Of a stretch of DNA of 64,000 bases, positions 18,959-31,282 are shown one piece after another. The notes beneath the pieces were generated by a model that made no database searches, had not been told where the DNA came from, and saw only the letters and a list, made by a program, of their open reading frames with translations. Source of the DNA: Bacteroidales bacterium (GTDB lineage Bacteria > Bacteroidota > Bacteroidia > Bacteroidales > UBA10428). The stretch's first letter is position 1. Every line of letters starts with the position of its first letter. A program made the translations under genes and the position numbers. The stretch is taken from positions 16,203 to 80,202 of the forward strand of contig JAWOHT010000133.1 in assembly GCA_046485045.1 (NCBI GenBank), in the 5' to 3' direction.

Positions 18959-19087
18959 TTTTTTCAGCATGAAATTTTGTAACTTTAAATCTTTCTGAAA
19001 AAGCCTCAAACATTCGTGAAAAACTTACGTTAAAATAGTTGTAAAAAAATGGCATACTTATTGGATAGCCTATTGCAAAATACATCT

Positions 19088-19687
19088 ATGAAAAGATTCT
19101 TATCCTCAATAATAATAGGAATTGCAGCCTTAAGCAGTCTTCAGGCTCAAGACACCATACGTTATGAGAAAAACAACACTGTTGTTTACGGGCTCATTCT
19201 TGACGGCGACACCCTGTTGCTCTCATCTATCGAAGAAGTATATATTTTTCCCCGCAGAAGGTTCAGTTCCGATTGGGAGTATCGGAAATACCAGCGCCTT
19301 ATAAGGAATGTAAAAAAGGCCTATCCGTATGCCAAGATGGCCAAGCAGAAATATGATGAAGTAGAGGACCATTTTCTTACCTTAAAATCTGAAAAAGCCA
19401 GAAAAGCTTACATTAAGACGGTTGAAAAAGAGATAATGAATGAGTATGAATCCGAACTAAAAAAGCTAACCATTACCCAGGGCAGGATATTAATCAAACT
19501 AATAGACCGTGAGATAGGTGAAACCTCGTACGATCTGTTGAAAGACCTGAAAGGCTCCTTTAGTGCATTTTTCTGGCAAACCATTGCCAGAATTTTCGGA
19601 TCGAACCTGAAAAACCGTTTTGATTCAGAAGGTGAAGACCGGCTGATAAACGAAATCGTGATCCTGATCGAAAAAGGGGTACTTTGA
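19088..19687 (+). CDS. DUF4294 domain-containing secreted protein
   Basis: It has a signal peptide after MKRFLSS. LTITQGRILIKLIDREIGETSYDLLKDLKGSFSAFFWQTIARIFGSNLK matches the DUF4294 core as I remember it. Confidence 0.6.
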   Translation: MKRFLSSIIIGIAALSSLQAQDTIRYEKNNTVVYGLILDGDTLLLSSIEEVYIFPRRRFSSDWEYRKYQRLIRNVKKAYPYAKMAKQKYDEVEDHFLTLKSEKARKAYIKTVEKEIMNEYESELKKLTITQGRILIKLIDREIGETSYDLLKDLKGSFSAFFWQTIARIFGSNLKNRFDSEGEDRLINEIVILIEKGVL

Positions 19688-19711
19688 TTTTTAACCCGTC
19701 TACCTTTTACC

Positions 19712-20278
19712 ATGAAAAGAACATTCATTGCCATAGATATTCCGCCCTCTATAGCGATAAAAGAGTGCATAGGCTCTTTTTCGAAAGCGCTTGAAAACGA
19801 GAGAATAAAATGGTTAGATTCTGAGAACCTGCATCTTACACTCAAGTTTCTCGGAGAGACCAAAGAACCTATTTTACAGGCCATTAACGATACCTTGGCC
19901 AAAATCGCTGCTGCACAACCGGCATTTGATATCATCATTAAGCATACGGGTATATTTAAAAACCTGGCAACCCCTACAGTGATATGGCTGGGCGTGGAAA
20001 GGAGCCCTGCTTTGGAAACCCTGCATTCGGCAATTGACGGGCAAATGAAAAAACTGGGTTTTTTGCCCGAATCAAGAAAATATTCACCCCACCTCACCAT
20101 TGGGCGTGTAAAGAAAATAAAAGAGAAATCAAAACTTCAGCAATTATTGCAGGAAAAAAGCCCGAAAGAATTTCAACAATTCAAAGCCTGCGAAATTATC
20201 TTCTACGAAAGTATACCCGGTTACAGCGGTCCCGATTATATACCTTTGGGAAACCATAAGCTTGATGGCGCACCATGA
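19712..20278 (+). CDS. thpR: RNA 2',3'-cyclic phosphodiesterase (2H phosphoesterase, ThpR/LigT)
   Basis: Two H-x-T-x motifs are present: HLTLKF and HLTIGR. 188 aa. Confidence 0.85.
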   Translation: MKRTFIAIDIPPSIAIKECIGSFSKALENERIKWLDSENLHLTLKFLGETKEPILQAINDTLAKIAAAQPAFDIIIKHTGIFKNLATPTVIWLGVERSPALETLHSAIDGQMKKLGFLPESRKYSPHLTIGRVKKIKEKSKLQQLLQEKSPKEFQQFKACEIIFYESIPGYSGPDYIPLGNHKLDGAP

Positions 20279-20288
20279 ACACAGGCGC

Positions 20289-21701
20289 TTATACCCCTTT
20301 TCGTCGTAGTATGGTCAACAGGGTGTAGATTAGAATTTTGATATCAACATACAGCGACATATTGTCGAGGTAAATGAGGTCGTATTTGAGCCTTTTGATC
20401 ATCTGTTCAACATTCTCGGCATACCCGAATTTAACCTGCCCCCAGGAAGTAATGCCGGGTTTCACCTTTAGCAAATGAAGGTAATGGGGTGCTTTTTTGA
20501 TTATCCTGTCAATAAAATATCTGCGTTCAGGCCGGGGTCCTACAAGCGACATATCTCCCTTCAATACATTAAAAAAATTGGGTATCTCATCGAGTCTTGA
20601 TTTGCGCATAAACCGCCCGAATTTTGTTATCCTGTTATCACTTTTCGATGACAGTTCAGGACCGTTGGACTCGGCATTTTTATACATCGAACGAAACTTA
20701 TAGATTGTAAAGGGTTTGCCATACCGGCCAATTCGCTCATGACTGTAAAATACCGGCCCCGGCGAAGACAACTTAACACCTATCATAAGAAAAAGGCAAA
20801 GCGGTGAAAGAATTAAAAGTGCCAGAAAAGATAGCACAATATCAATAATCTGCTTGATATTTGACTGCCAGGCCGGCATCAGGTGGTGAGAAATCTGGAT
20901 AAGGGGCACACCAAGAATTGCAGACATTCTTACCCTGCCGGTAAGAATATCATACATGCTTGGGATAGCGCTAAGCACCACATTACAATCTATCAATTTA
21001 TTCATAATTTGCCCTATCTTGTCATGCTCTGATGATTCAATGGCAATGATCACCTCCTCAACATTATGCTTTGCTATAATCGTTTTTACATCGCCGAGCA
21101 GACCGAGATGAGGCAGGTATTTCGCCAATTTAAAGCCATTATTGTCATTAACGTTTACAAATCCTACAAATTTATTCCCATTGCTCCTGGGCTGGTTCTC
21201 AATTTCTTCGAATACTTCAACTGCCTTCTCGTTGCTTCCGATAAGTAGTGTGTTGAACCCTATCTCGCGTCGGTGAATTTTATGGGTCGTGCGGGTAGTA
21301 ATTATCAACCGGGGAACATAAGTAAGGGTGAAGTGAACCGCAAAAAGAATGGTAAACGAAATATAATAATTTGAATAGGTTTGAATGGTGTCATCCAATA
21401 TCAGTGCAAAGAACAGGATAACAACCCCGAGCAATGTGTTCGACAAGGTTTGCCATAACTCAGAAAGCCTCGATTTTCTGAAAACATTTCTGTAATAACC
21501 AGAAGCGTAATATATTACCAGCCAGAAAAGCGGAATGAGCAAAAGACCAAGTAAAAACCTCGACTCAACGAAGCTGATAATATGCTGAAAACTTAGTGCT
21601 TCAATATAAATCTTCCTAAAAATATAGAAACAAGCCCAGCTTAACAGGGCTGACAAATAATCTGAGATAACATATTTCAGTAATTGTTGAAGTCTGTTCA
21701 T
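20289..21701 (-). CDS. Polyprenyl-phosphate sugar phosphotransferase (WbaP/WcaJ-type initiating transferase)
   Basis: It has N-terminal TM helices. The C-terminal bacterial sugar transferase domain reads YKFRSM...RLDEIPNFFNVLKGDMSLVGPRPERR. Confidence 0.85.
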   Translation of the reverse strand: MNRLQQLLKYVISDYLSALLSWACFYIFRKIYIEALSFQHIISFVESRFLLGLLLIPLFWLVIYYASGYYRNVFRKSRLSELWQTLSNTLLGVVILFFALILDDTIQTYSNYYISFTILFAVHFTLTYVPRLIITTRTTHKIHRREIGFNTLLIGSNEKAVEVFEEIENQPRSNGNKFVGFVNVNDNNGFKLAKYLPHLGLLGDVKTIIAKHNVEEVIIAIESSEHDKIGQIMNKLIDCNVVLSAIPSMYDILTGRVRMSAILGVPLIQISHHLMPAWQSNIKQIIDIVLSFLALLILSPLCLFLMIGVKLSSPGPVFYSHERIGRYGKPFTIYKFRSMYKNAESNGPELSSKSDNRITKFGRFMRKSRLDEIPNFFNVLKGDMSLVGPRPERRYFIDRIIKKAPHYLHLLKVKPGITSWGQVKFGYAENVEQMIKRLKYDLIYLDNMSLYVDIKILIYTLLTILRRKGV

Positions 21702-21857
21702 TCAGGAATAACAATTGATATCAGTGTAATGATATCTATATATTTAAATTTAAAAAGCACAAAGATAAAAATAATCTTTATCTGAAATACCAACAAATAC
21801 GAATTTTTCAAAACCTTTACAGGGCAAACAGGCTAATTCGATATTTATCAGTATGCA

Positions 21858-22802
21858 TCAGTTACCGGCATGCACCTTGTTCAGGCTATCCATAATTTTA
21901 TCGGCAAGATACAACGATCTGAATCCATCTTCTGATTTTGACACCAATTTTGAATTGTTCTGAATTGAAAAAATAAAACTTAACAGCTCATCAAGCATGG
22001 GATTATTTGAAACCACCTTTCTCGTAACAGGCAAAAAGGCAACTTTACCTGAAATAGCCTTATCAACCTTTTCCGGCCTTATAATTGTAATTTCGTTGTT
22101 CAGAAAATTAATTTTGGTGATTCTGTCTTGTTGTGTAAACAAACCATAATGACTATTGTCAGAGGTTATCCTGCTGCAGTTGAGGTTAGCCACACAACCG
22201 TTATCGAACTCAATCCTGACATTAATAACATCAGGATTGCCATTTACCATCTTTATACCGCATGTTTTCAAACTTTTAACATTGGTACGGATAACAGCGT
22301 TAACAATTTCAATATTGGTAATAATGGCCTGTAAAATACTTTCATACGAATTGTCTTCCTTATCGGAGAAATGGTTGTGCATCTCGATAAGCCTCACGTT
22401 ATTCAGGTGCGGAAGTGCAGCATTCAACGCTGCATGAAACCTCACAGACCGCTCGACCATGAGGGTAACATTGGCTTCGCTGGCCAAATTAATAAGATGG
22501 ATGGCCTGTTGCCTGTTTTTTAGCATAGACGGGTTAATAAACAAATGTTTTGTCTGTTTCAACGCTTTCTGGGCAATATCGAAACATTGCTGGCACCTGC
22601 AAACAAAGTCAAATGCATCCGCGCTTTGTATCAATTCATCAACAGATACGAATTTCTTTATAAAAACGCTGTTCACATTTTCCTGTTCAGTATTCTGAAG
22701 GGGGTCAAAAAATCCTGCAATTTCCACTCCTGGAACCTTGATTAAGATTTCTGCGTGTGCGAAAGATTGTGCAAAAGACCCAATAAAACCTATTCTCAAC
22801 AT
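21858..22802 (-). CDS. Gfo/Idh/MocA-like oxidoreductase
   Basis: The N-terminus MLRIGFIGSFAQSFAHAE is Rossmann-like. The size and architecture fit the family, but similarity by eye is weak. Confidence 0.5.
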   Translation of the reverse strand: MLRIGFIGSFAQSFAHAEILIKVPGVEIAGFFDPLQNTEQENVNSVFIKKFVSVDELIQSADAFDFVCRCQQCFDIAQKALKQTKHLFINPSMLKNRQQAIHLINLASEANVTLMVERSVRFHAALNAALPHLNNVRLIEMHNHFSDKEDNSYESILQAIITNIEIVNAVIRTNVKSLKTCGIKMVNGNPDVINVRIEFDNGCVANLNCSRITSDNSHYGLFTQQDRITKINFLNNEITIIRPEKVDKAISGKVAFLPVTRKVVSNNPMLDELLSFIFSIQNNSKLVSKSEDGFRSLYLADKIMDSLNKVHAGN

Positions 22803-22873
22803 CTTTTTCGTCTTTGTACAAACATAAATTATTTAGAAACACGCTTATTTTTTTTTAGAACCAACTTATCAAC

Positions 22874-22881
22874 TATTTTTG
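22874..22881 (+). promoter_or_regulatory. TAnnTTTG -7 promoter motif (TATTTTTG) upstream of pcm
   Basis: Exact consensus match 41 nt upstream of the pcm ATG, in a divergent intergenic region. Confidence 0.4.
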
Positions 22882-22921
22882 TTTTCGTTGTTAATTTGGT
22901 AAAAATGTCATAAAAGAGCCA

Positions 22922-23563
22922 ATGGAAGATAGTTTTTTACACAAAGGGTTAAGAAAAAAGCTGGTTGACGAAATAAGGCGAAAAGGAATTAAAAGTGATG
23001 AGGTACTGGAAGCCATTGGCAAAATACCACGACACTGCTTTATGGACAGCAGTTTTATAAACTTTGCATATAAAGACCAGGCTTTCCCGATAGCCGCAGG
23101 CCAGACCATATCACAGCCTTATACTGTAGCTTTTCAGACCGAACTGCTACAGGTAAACAAGCGCGATAAAATTCTTGAAATAGGTACCGGTTCAGGATAT
23201 CAGACTGCCGTGCTGCTGGAATTAGGTACATCAGTATTCTCTGTTGAGCGGTTCAGGGAGTTGTACCTCAAAGCAAAATCCACCCTGTCTGAACTGGGTT
23301 ACAGGCCACAGCTCTTTTACGGTGACGGTTACCAGGGATTGCCAACCTACGGCCCTTTCGACAGGATACTTATTACGGCAGCTGCACCCGGTATCCCGGA
23401 GCAGTTGCTCGAACAGCTCAAACCGGGAGGCAGGCTGGTTGCCCCTGTCGGAGGACCTTCATCGCAAAAAATGACCCTTGTTGAGAAAATAGCAGAGAAT
23501 AAATACAACACCTCAGAACATGGTTACTTTATTTTTGTTCCTATGGTGAAAGGAAAAGAATAA
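22922..23563 (+). CDS. pcm: Protein-L-isoaspartate O-methyltransferase
   Basis: QTISQPYTVAF and the SAM-binding motif LEIGTGSGYQTAVL. 213 aa. Confidence 0.92.
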   Translation: MEDSFLHKGLRKKLVDEIRRKGIKSDEVLEAIGKIPRHCFMDSSFINFAYKDQAFPIAAGQTISQPYTVAFQTELLQVNKRDKILEIGTGSGYQTAVLLELGTSVFSVERFRELYLKAKSTLSELGYRPQLFYGDGYQGLPTYGPFDRILITAAAPGIPEQLLEQLKPGGRLVAPVGGPSSQKMTLVEKIAENKYNTSEHGYFIFVPMVKGKE

Positions 23564-23575
23564 CATATATATGTA

Positions 23576-24211
23576 ATGAATATTAAAATATTTATAGTCA
23601 ACGGATTTTCAGTCAATGCCTTTGTTGTTTCAGATACTACCGGTGAATGTATTATCATTGATCCGGGTTTTTACGAAAAAGACGAGGAGTCAAAACTTGT
23701 AAATTACATTGAGGCCAATAACCTTACACCGGTTATGGTTCTTAATACCCATGGCCATGTAGACCATATGCTCGGAAACAAATTTGTATGCGAAAAGTAC
23801 AATATCACCCTTGCTGCCCATGCCGATGATATTTTTCTGCTAGACCGGGCAACTGCAATGGGGGCTATTTTTAGTTTGAATGCCAACCCGTCACCTCCGG
23901 TGAGCAAATTGATTGCCGATGGTGAAACCATACTTTTCGGCAATTCGCGGCTGCAGGCTTTTCATACGCCGGGCCATTCACCTGGTAGCCTGTCATTTTA
24001 CAGCAGTGAAGAAAAATTTTTGATAGCCGGCGATGTGCTCTTCGCCGGAAGTATTGGCAGAACCGACCTGCCCGGTGGAAGTTATGAAACAATCATTTAC
24101 AGTATTAAGAACAAATTGCTTGTACTGCCGGGCGACACCGTGGTTTATCCCGGGCATGGCCCTTCAACAACCATTGGCATTGAACATGATACAAATCCTT
24201 TTTTGAGATAA
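23576..24211 (+). CDS. MBL-fold metallo-hydrolase (glyoxalase II-like)
   Basis: HGHVDH (HxHxDH) motif, HTPGHSPGS and GRTDLPGG. 211 aa. Confidence 0.85.
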   Translation: MNIKIFIVNGFSVNAFVVSDTTGECIIIDPGFYEKDEESKLVNYIEANNLTPVMVLNTHGHVDHMLGNKFVCEKYNITLAAHADDIFLLDRATAMGAIFSLNANPSPPVSKLIADGETILFGNSRLQAFHTPGHSPGSLSFYSSEEKFLIAGDVLFAGSIGRTDLPGGSYETIIYSIKNKLLVLPGDTVVYPGHGPSTTIGIEHDTNPFLR

Positions 24212-24274
24212 TATTTTGCAATAATTTGTTTACCTTAACAATCACAATTCAGTAATACTTAATTTCTGTCTATT

Positions 24275-27160
<2,886 letters not shown>

Positions 27161-27334
27161 GGGTTAAACTTATCTTAAGTTGCCTCGGTTGTATTGTTGC
27201 CAAAAAAGAATTTAAATGTATTGATGGTTGAGTTATACGTAAGTGCAAAGAATACCCAGTTCGAAGCAGACACATTCGCATCAAATTTTACTTTTCCGTT
27301 AATGCTCATGGCAACTGTGTTGTCAGATTATTCG

Positions 27335-27472
27335 TTAATACATAACATAAAGATAAATAGTTAGAACTTCCTGATCAGTGAATTCAGACTGATTACTATT
27401 TCTGAACCGCTGAGAAGAATATTGAAGTTCAAAATCATATATATTGCATATATACAAGTAGATAGCGATAAA
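27335..27472 (-). pseudogene. Possible relic of a DDE transposase N-terminus
   Basis: The peptide ...NSNQSEFTDQEVLTIYLYVMY* resembles the conserved F(T/S)D(Q/S)E(V/I)(L/I)TIYLF N-terminal segment of IS4/IS982-like Bacteroidota transposases. The ORF stops after this segment and no catalytic domain follows. Confidence 0.25.
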
Positions 27473-27608
27473 ACTAAGTTCTTTTACCTTGTAGATCATA
27501 ATTATTGACATTTTGTTGATGCCTATAATTATGATTTCCAAGGTTATAACTTCTTAATTCGCATTAAATATTATTTGATTTATCAATTTTTTCATATCCA
27601 TTCTCTTT

Positions 27609-30344
27609 TTACTTCACCGGTGTAAAAACAAAATGATCGATATTTACCAAACCTTGTGACCCCAAAGCTGTTAAACGTATTGTATTGCGGCCAGCTTTTA
27701 GCTCAACAGGAGTATTAATGGTAGTCCAGGTAGTCCATGTACCGGTAGATACAAAAGCCATAGATTGATTCGTTTCGACATTGTTAACACTGATTTTGGC
27801 TGATCGGGTATCGTTTTTACCATGTACATAACGCACCCCCATCAGGTAGGTTCCCGAAACGGGAGAGTCAAAATCAACCTCGATATAGCTGCCCTTTTCA
27901 TTGTATGTATCTACATAGCCTTCGCCGGTAAATCCACTATGGGCGGCATCAATCTGTGCAATAAAATTCCAACAACTATGGTGATCTTCTTTGCCTGTAT
28001 ACAATCCATCCTCTGCTTCCAGTATCTGAACACGCGGCAAAAGACCATGTACTTCATTGCGGACTTCGGCTACTTTGATGTAATCAGTATTGGGCAAACC
28101 TCCATCTTTTAATGCACTCAAACGTAAAACGTTTCTGCCTTCATCGAGCTTGACTACTACTGATTCGGTTTTCCACGCAGGTAATGCTTCGCTTTGTGCC
28201 AGCTTAAACTTTGCTGCTTTTTTATTATTAACAAGTAATTCGCCAGGTCTTGGATCGGATTTGATATGGGTATAACGCACCGTTATTTTATGCGGGCCCG
28301 ACCATGATGCATTGTAATAAACCTCAATATAGCTGCCTACTTCATTCTTTGTATCAACTGCCCCACGGCCCGAGTGGGTCGTATGCGGCGCATCGCTCAG
28401 CATAACATTGTGCCAGCAACTGTGCCGGTCGATAATGCCTGTGAACCTGCCTTTCTCAGCCTCGACAACTGTAGCCGAACCAGGTATTTCATCGATATGT
28501 GCCAGATGCCTGGCCCGCCAAAGCGGATAATCGTGTTCGATTAATGACTTTGCCCAATAACCATGATAATCGTAACCACTTTGGCGTTCATGGCTGACTT
28601 CATTAAAATTAGAACAAATTATTGAGCCACGATCGGGATAAACAGGACGGTTGGTGCCCAACTCATAAAAACGTGCCCATAACGGTGGGGCTCCCGGATC
28701 GGGGATAAGTTGATTATCTTTTCTGCCAGCGATATTGATTTTTTCTTCCAAGCGCACACCAATTATAGAGGCCGCTTTAAGCCAGTTTATTGCCCCTTCA
28801 ATAGCATTCACGACTTCCGGTGAAGGATTATCAATTTCCATAAGAAATTTCACAACATCAACACTTTCTTGACCTGAAAGCGAAGGTGGCTCATATGCCC
28901 TGCCCCAGGCCGGCTCATATGTATTTTCGTTGTGCTGGGCACACCATGCAGTTAGTACATCGTTATGTTTTATTTGTGAACGAAGAATGAAATCAATCCC
29001 ACGCGTTACTGCATCGGCAGCTGATGCCCGCCTGTTTTTATCGACAAAAGAATAAGGAGCTTTGCCTGAAGATACACCATTTAGAAGGTTCATTACCCTG
29101 ATCATTGCACCATCGTTAAAAGTAACACGCGAATAATATTGATCGCCCCGCAAGGGCCAAAACTGAGGCCAGCCCCCACTGGGGTATTGTGCCGAAAACA
29201 AATAATCAAGGCCTTTGTTGAATGGAGCAATAAACTTTTCATCGCCTGTGGCATCAATAACCCTTGCCAAAAACTCCATGGGCAACGTAGTAGCATCGTT
29301 ATCGATGCTATTAGCCCGGCCACGGCCTTCGGGAGGAACATCACCAGGTGTAAGCGGAGGCCTTGTTAAATCGGTACTTTTGGGCCATCCTCCCTGAGAA
29401 GACTGATACTGAATTACACTATTGGCAATAGAACGGGCATCGTCGGAAGCAAACCAAGCGTTGTCGTTTTTTAAAAACTCCTTACTCCAATTGTTTTTGG
29501 CTTTTCCCATCATGGAAAACGGATTATCCAACAACGATTCGATCATGGTTGTTATCTCGTTGTGGGTGCGACTGACTGGTGCAAATCCGATAATACAAAT
29601 ATGTTCATTGCCACTCATGCCTTCAATTTTGTACTTGTGCTCACGGCCTGCACGGCCAAAGCTGTATAAATCCATATTGTGCTGGCCGTTGGGCCTTATC
29701 TGGCGATGGTTTTCGTTAGGGGCATCATCTTCAGGGCTTTTTCCAAGAAATAGAAGATACTCTGATTTTGGATCGCCCAAATAAAACCATTCAGGGGTGA
29801 AATCATAAAATTCACCTTTAGGGGTTCGCTTCTCTCCATCGGCCAAAACAAAATAGTCTTCAGCGTCGGCAGTGCCACCGGCAACACATTCGAGAAGAAA
29901 ACAGTAATCTCCTTCAGATTTCAGCACTTTAATAGCTATATGATTGGCAAAAAACCAATACTGGAAAGTGAATTTATCGTTTGATGACTCCAGTACAACC
30001 ACATCGCCTTCTTTTTTATTATCAACTATGACTGTTTTTGATCCACTATTTCTGCCCGCATGGCCAAAATTCCCGACACTATTGGGGAAACCGCGGAAAT
30101 CACCATTTGGCCCGGGTTCCATGTATGAGGCGATCCAATCATTTCCGTCCGGATCGATAAAACTCTTAAACCCCGATACGCCACTGTCCTTTTCAAAATA
30201 GACCGTACCCATTGTCATTTCAATTTTGTAGCACCCGGCGCCATGCCATTCAACTTCGGTAAGTTTTACACTCTGGCCAAAGCCAGATATACTGCTAAAC
30301 AATGCAATAACAAAAATAATTTTTCTTAAAATAGCCCTTTGCAT
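27609..30344 (-). CDS. Secreted multi-domain PL10 pectate lyase (PelA/Pel-15E family) with unknown N-terminal domain and two C-terminal CBM6/35-like modules
   Basis: Signal peptide MQRAILRKIIFVIALFSSISGFGQS (start at 30344). PL10 motifs: SIDNDATT, YPSGGWPQFWP, VTFNDGAM, WCAQHNENTYEPAWGRAYEPPSLSGQES, LWARFYELGTNRPVYPDR. Two paralogous C-terminal modules of about 130 aa begin VVEAEKGRFTG... and ILEAEDGLYTG.... Confidence 0.85.
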   Translation of the reverse strand: MQRAILRKIIFVIALFSSISGFGQSVKLTEVEWHGAGCYKIEMTMGTVYFEKDSGVSGFKSFIDPDGNDWIASYMEPGPNGDFRGFPNSVGNFGHAGRNSGSKTVIVDNKKEGDVVVLESSNDKFTFQYWFFANHIAIKVLKSEGDYCFLLECVAGGTADAEDYFVLADGEKRTPKGEFYDFTPEWFYLGDPKSEYLLFLGKSPEDDAPNENHRQIRPNGQHNMDLYSFGRAGREHKYKIEGMSGNEHICIIGFAPVSRTHNEITTMIESLLDNPFSMMGKAKNNWSKEFLKNDNAWFASDDARSIANSVIQYQSSQGGWPKSTDLTRPPLTPGDVPPEGRGRANSIDNDATTLPMEFLARVIDATGDEKFIAPFNKGLDYLFSAQYPSGGWPQFWPLRGDQYYSRVTFNDGAMIRVMNLLNGVSSGKAPYSFVDKNRRASAADAVTRGIDFILRSQIKHNDVLTAWCAQHNENTYEPAWGRAYEPPSLSGQESVDVVKFLMEIDNPSPEVVNAIEGAINWLKAASIIGVRLEEKINIAGRKDNQLIPDPGAPPLWARFYELGTNRPVYPDRGSIICSNFNEVSHERQSGYDYHGYWAKSLIEHDYPLWRARHLAHIDEIPGSATVVEAEKGRFTGIIDRHSCWHNVMLSDAPHTTHSGRGAVDTKNEVGSYIEVYYNASWSGPHKITVRYTHIKSDPRPGELLVNNKKAAKFKLAQSEALPAWKTESVVVKLDEGRNVLRLSALKDGGLPNTDYIKVAEVRNEVHGLLPRVQILEAEDGLYTGKEDHHSCWNFIAQIDAAHSGFTGEGYVDTYNEKGSYIEVDFDSPVSGTYLMGVRYVHGKNDTRSAKISVNNVETNQSMAFVSTGTWTTWTTINTPVELKAGRNTIRLTALGSQGLVNIDHFVFTPVK

Positions 30345-30645
30345 AATATTAATTATTAAGTGTTCGTTTTTCAATGTTTCAAAAATATGTAAAAAATCTG
30401 ATAATAACATTGAACGGGGGTGATACTGCAAGCATAACGGGTTAAATCACATTTTTCAGGTATTTTGCTGTAACAGACTGCCTTCAATTCATTATATCTT
30501 CCGGAAATCCCTGAAATATCAATCTATATTATTAAGATTATTTGTATGCGCGTTTTTAACTACTATTTTATCTCTGTTCATAAAATTAATGTCACAACGT
30601 TTGGCGGAACGAGAAAAGTTACAAGCAGCAATCTCTCTGCAAGAG

Positions 30646-31179
30646 TCAAAAGGGCATAGAACTATAAGACATCGTTACAGAAAGTCTGTAATCTGTGAAG
30701 TCACAATCTTTTGTAAAGGGTCTCACTTCAATAAAAAACTCTTTATCGTCTGCGTTAATAATCTTCCCAGTCCAAAAATATTCACTGACTTCTTCCATGT
30801 TCCCACGATTAGCCGAGTACTCTAATTGGGAGCGGGAATCATTGTAAATATAGAGATCGTAATCTTTACCGGGGGGAGAAATCAGTTGAAAACGTATCCG
30901 AAAATATTCCGACGATTCAGGAAACCCGGTTCGAATATTCTCTTTGGCTCTAATTTGGTAGAAATCTAAGTCATTTCTGGAAGAGACTTGTGCGACAATT
31001 TCCATGGAACTTTCTTGTACCTCGCCAATAAAATATGCACTATTAAATGAATCGTTCGGTTCGTATAAATCTGAATCGCAAATATTTTGCTTATCCTGCT
31101 TGCAGGAAGAAAAAAAAATCAGAAAAGCAGATACAAAGGTAAAAATGTGTAAATACTTGTAATTTGTTCTTTTTTTCAT
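30646..31179 (-). CDS. Hypothetical lipoprotein with PPC (pre-peptidase C-terminal)-like domain
   Basis: The lipobox is FFSSCKQD. DLYEPNDSFNSAYFIG is the typical opening motif of bacterial PPC domains. Confidence 0.55.
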   Translation of the reverse strand: MKKRTNYKYLHIFTFVSAFLIFFSSCKQDKQNICDSDLYEPNDSFNSAYFIGEVQESSMEIVAQVSSRNDLDFYQIRAKENIRTGFPESSEYFRIRFQLISPPGKDYDLYIYNDSRSQLEYSANRGNMEEVSEYFWTGKIINADDKEFFIEVRPFTKDCDFTDYRLSVTMSYSSMPF

Positions 31180-31282
31180 GGTTTATTATTTAATTGTCTT
31201 ACAATGGTTTAGATATTTCATTCATGGTTATCAAAATTTATATATAACAAGGTAAATTTATCTATTCTTGATTTAAGTTAGT

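Noticed and set aside
19408-20100. 230-aa ORF on the minus strand
   Set aside because: It lies fully antisense to two well-supported genes (DUF4294 and thpR). The peptide is low-complexity and Ser/Phe/Ile-rich. It is a typical shadow ORF.
24212-24274. Possible glycine riboswitch upstream of gcvP
   Set aside because: Only 63 nt are available. The sequence is AT-rich and lacks the conserved GGAGAG...CACCG-type cores, so it is too short for even a single aptamer.
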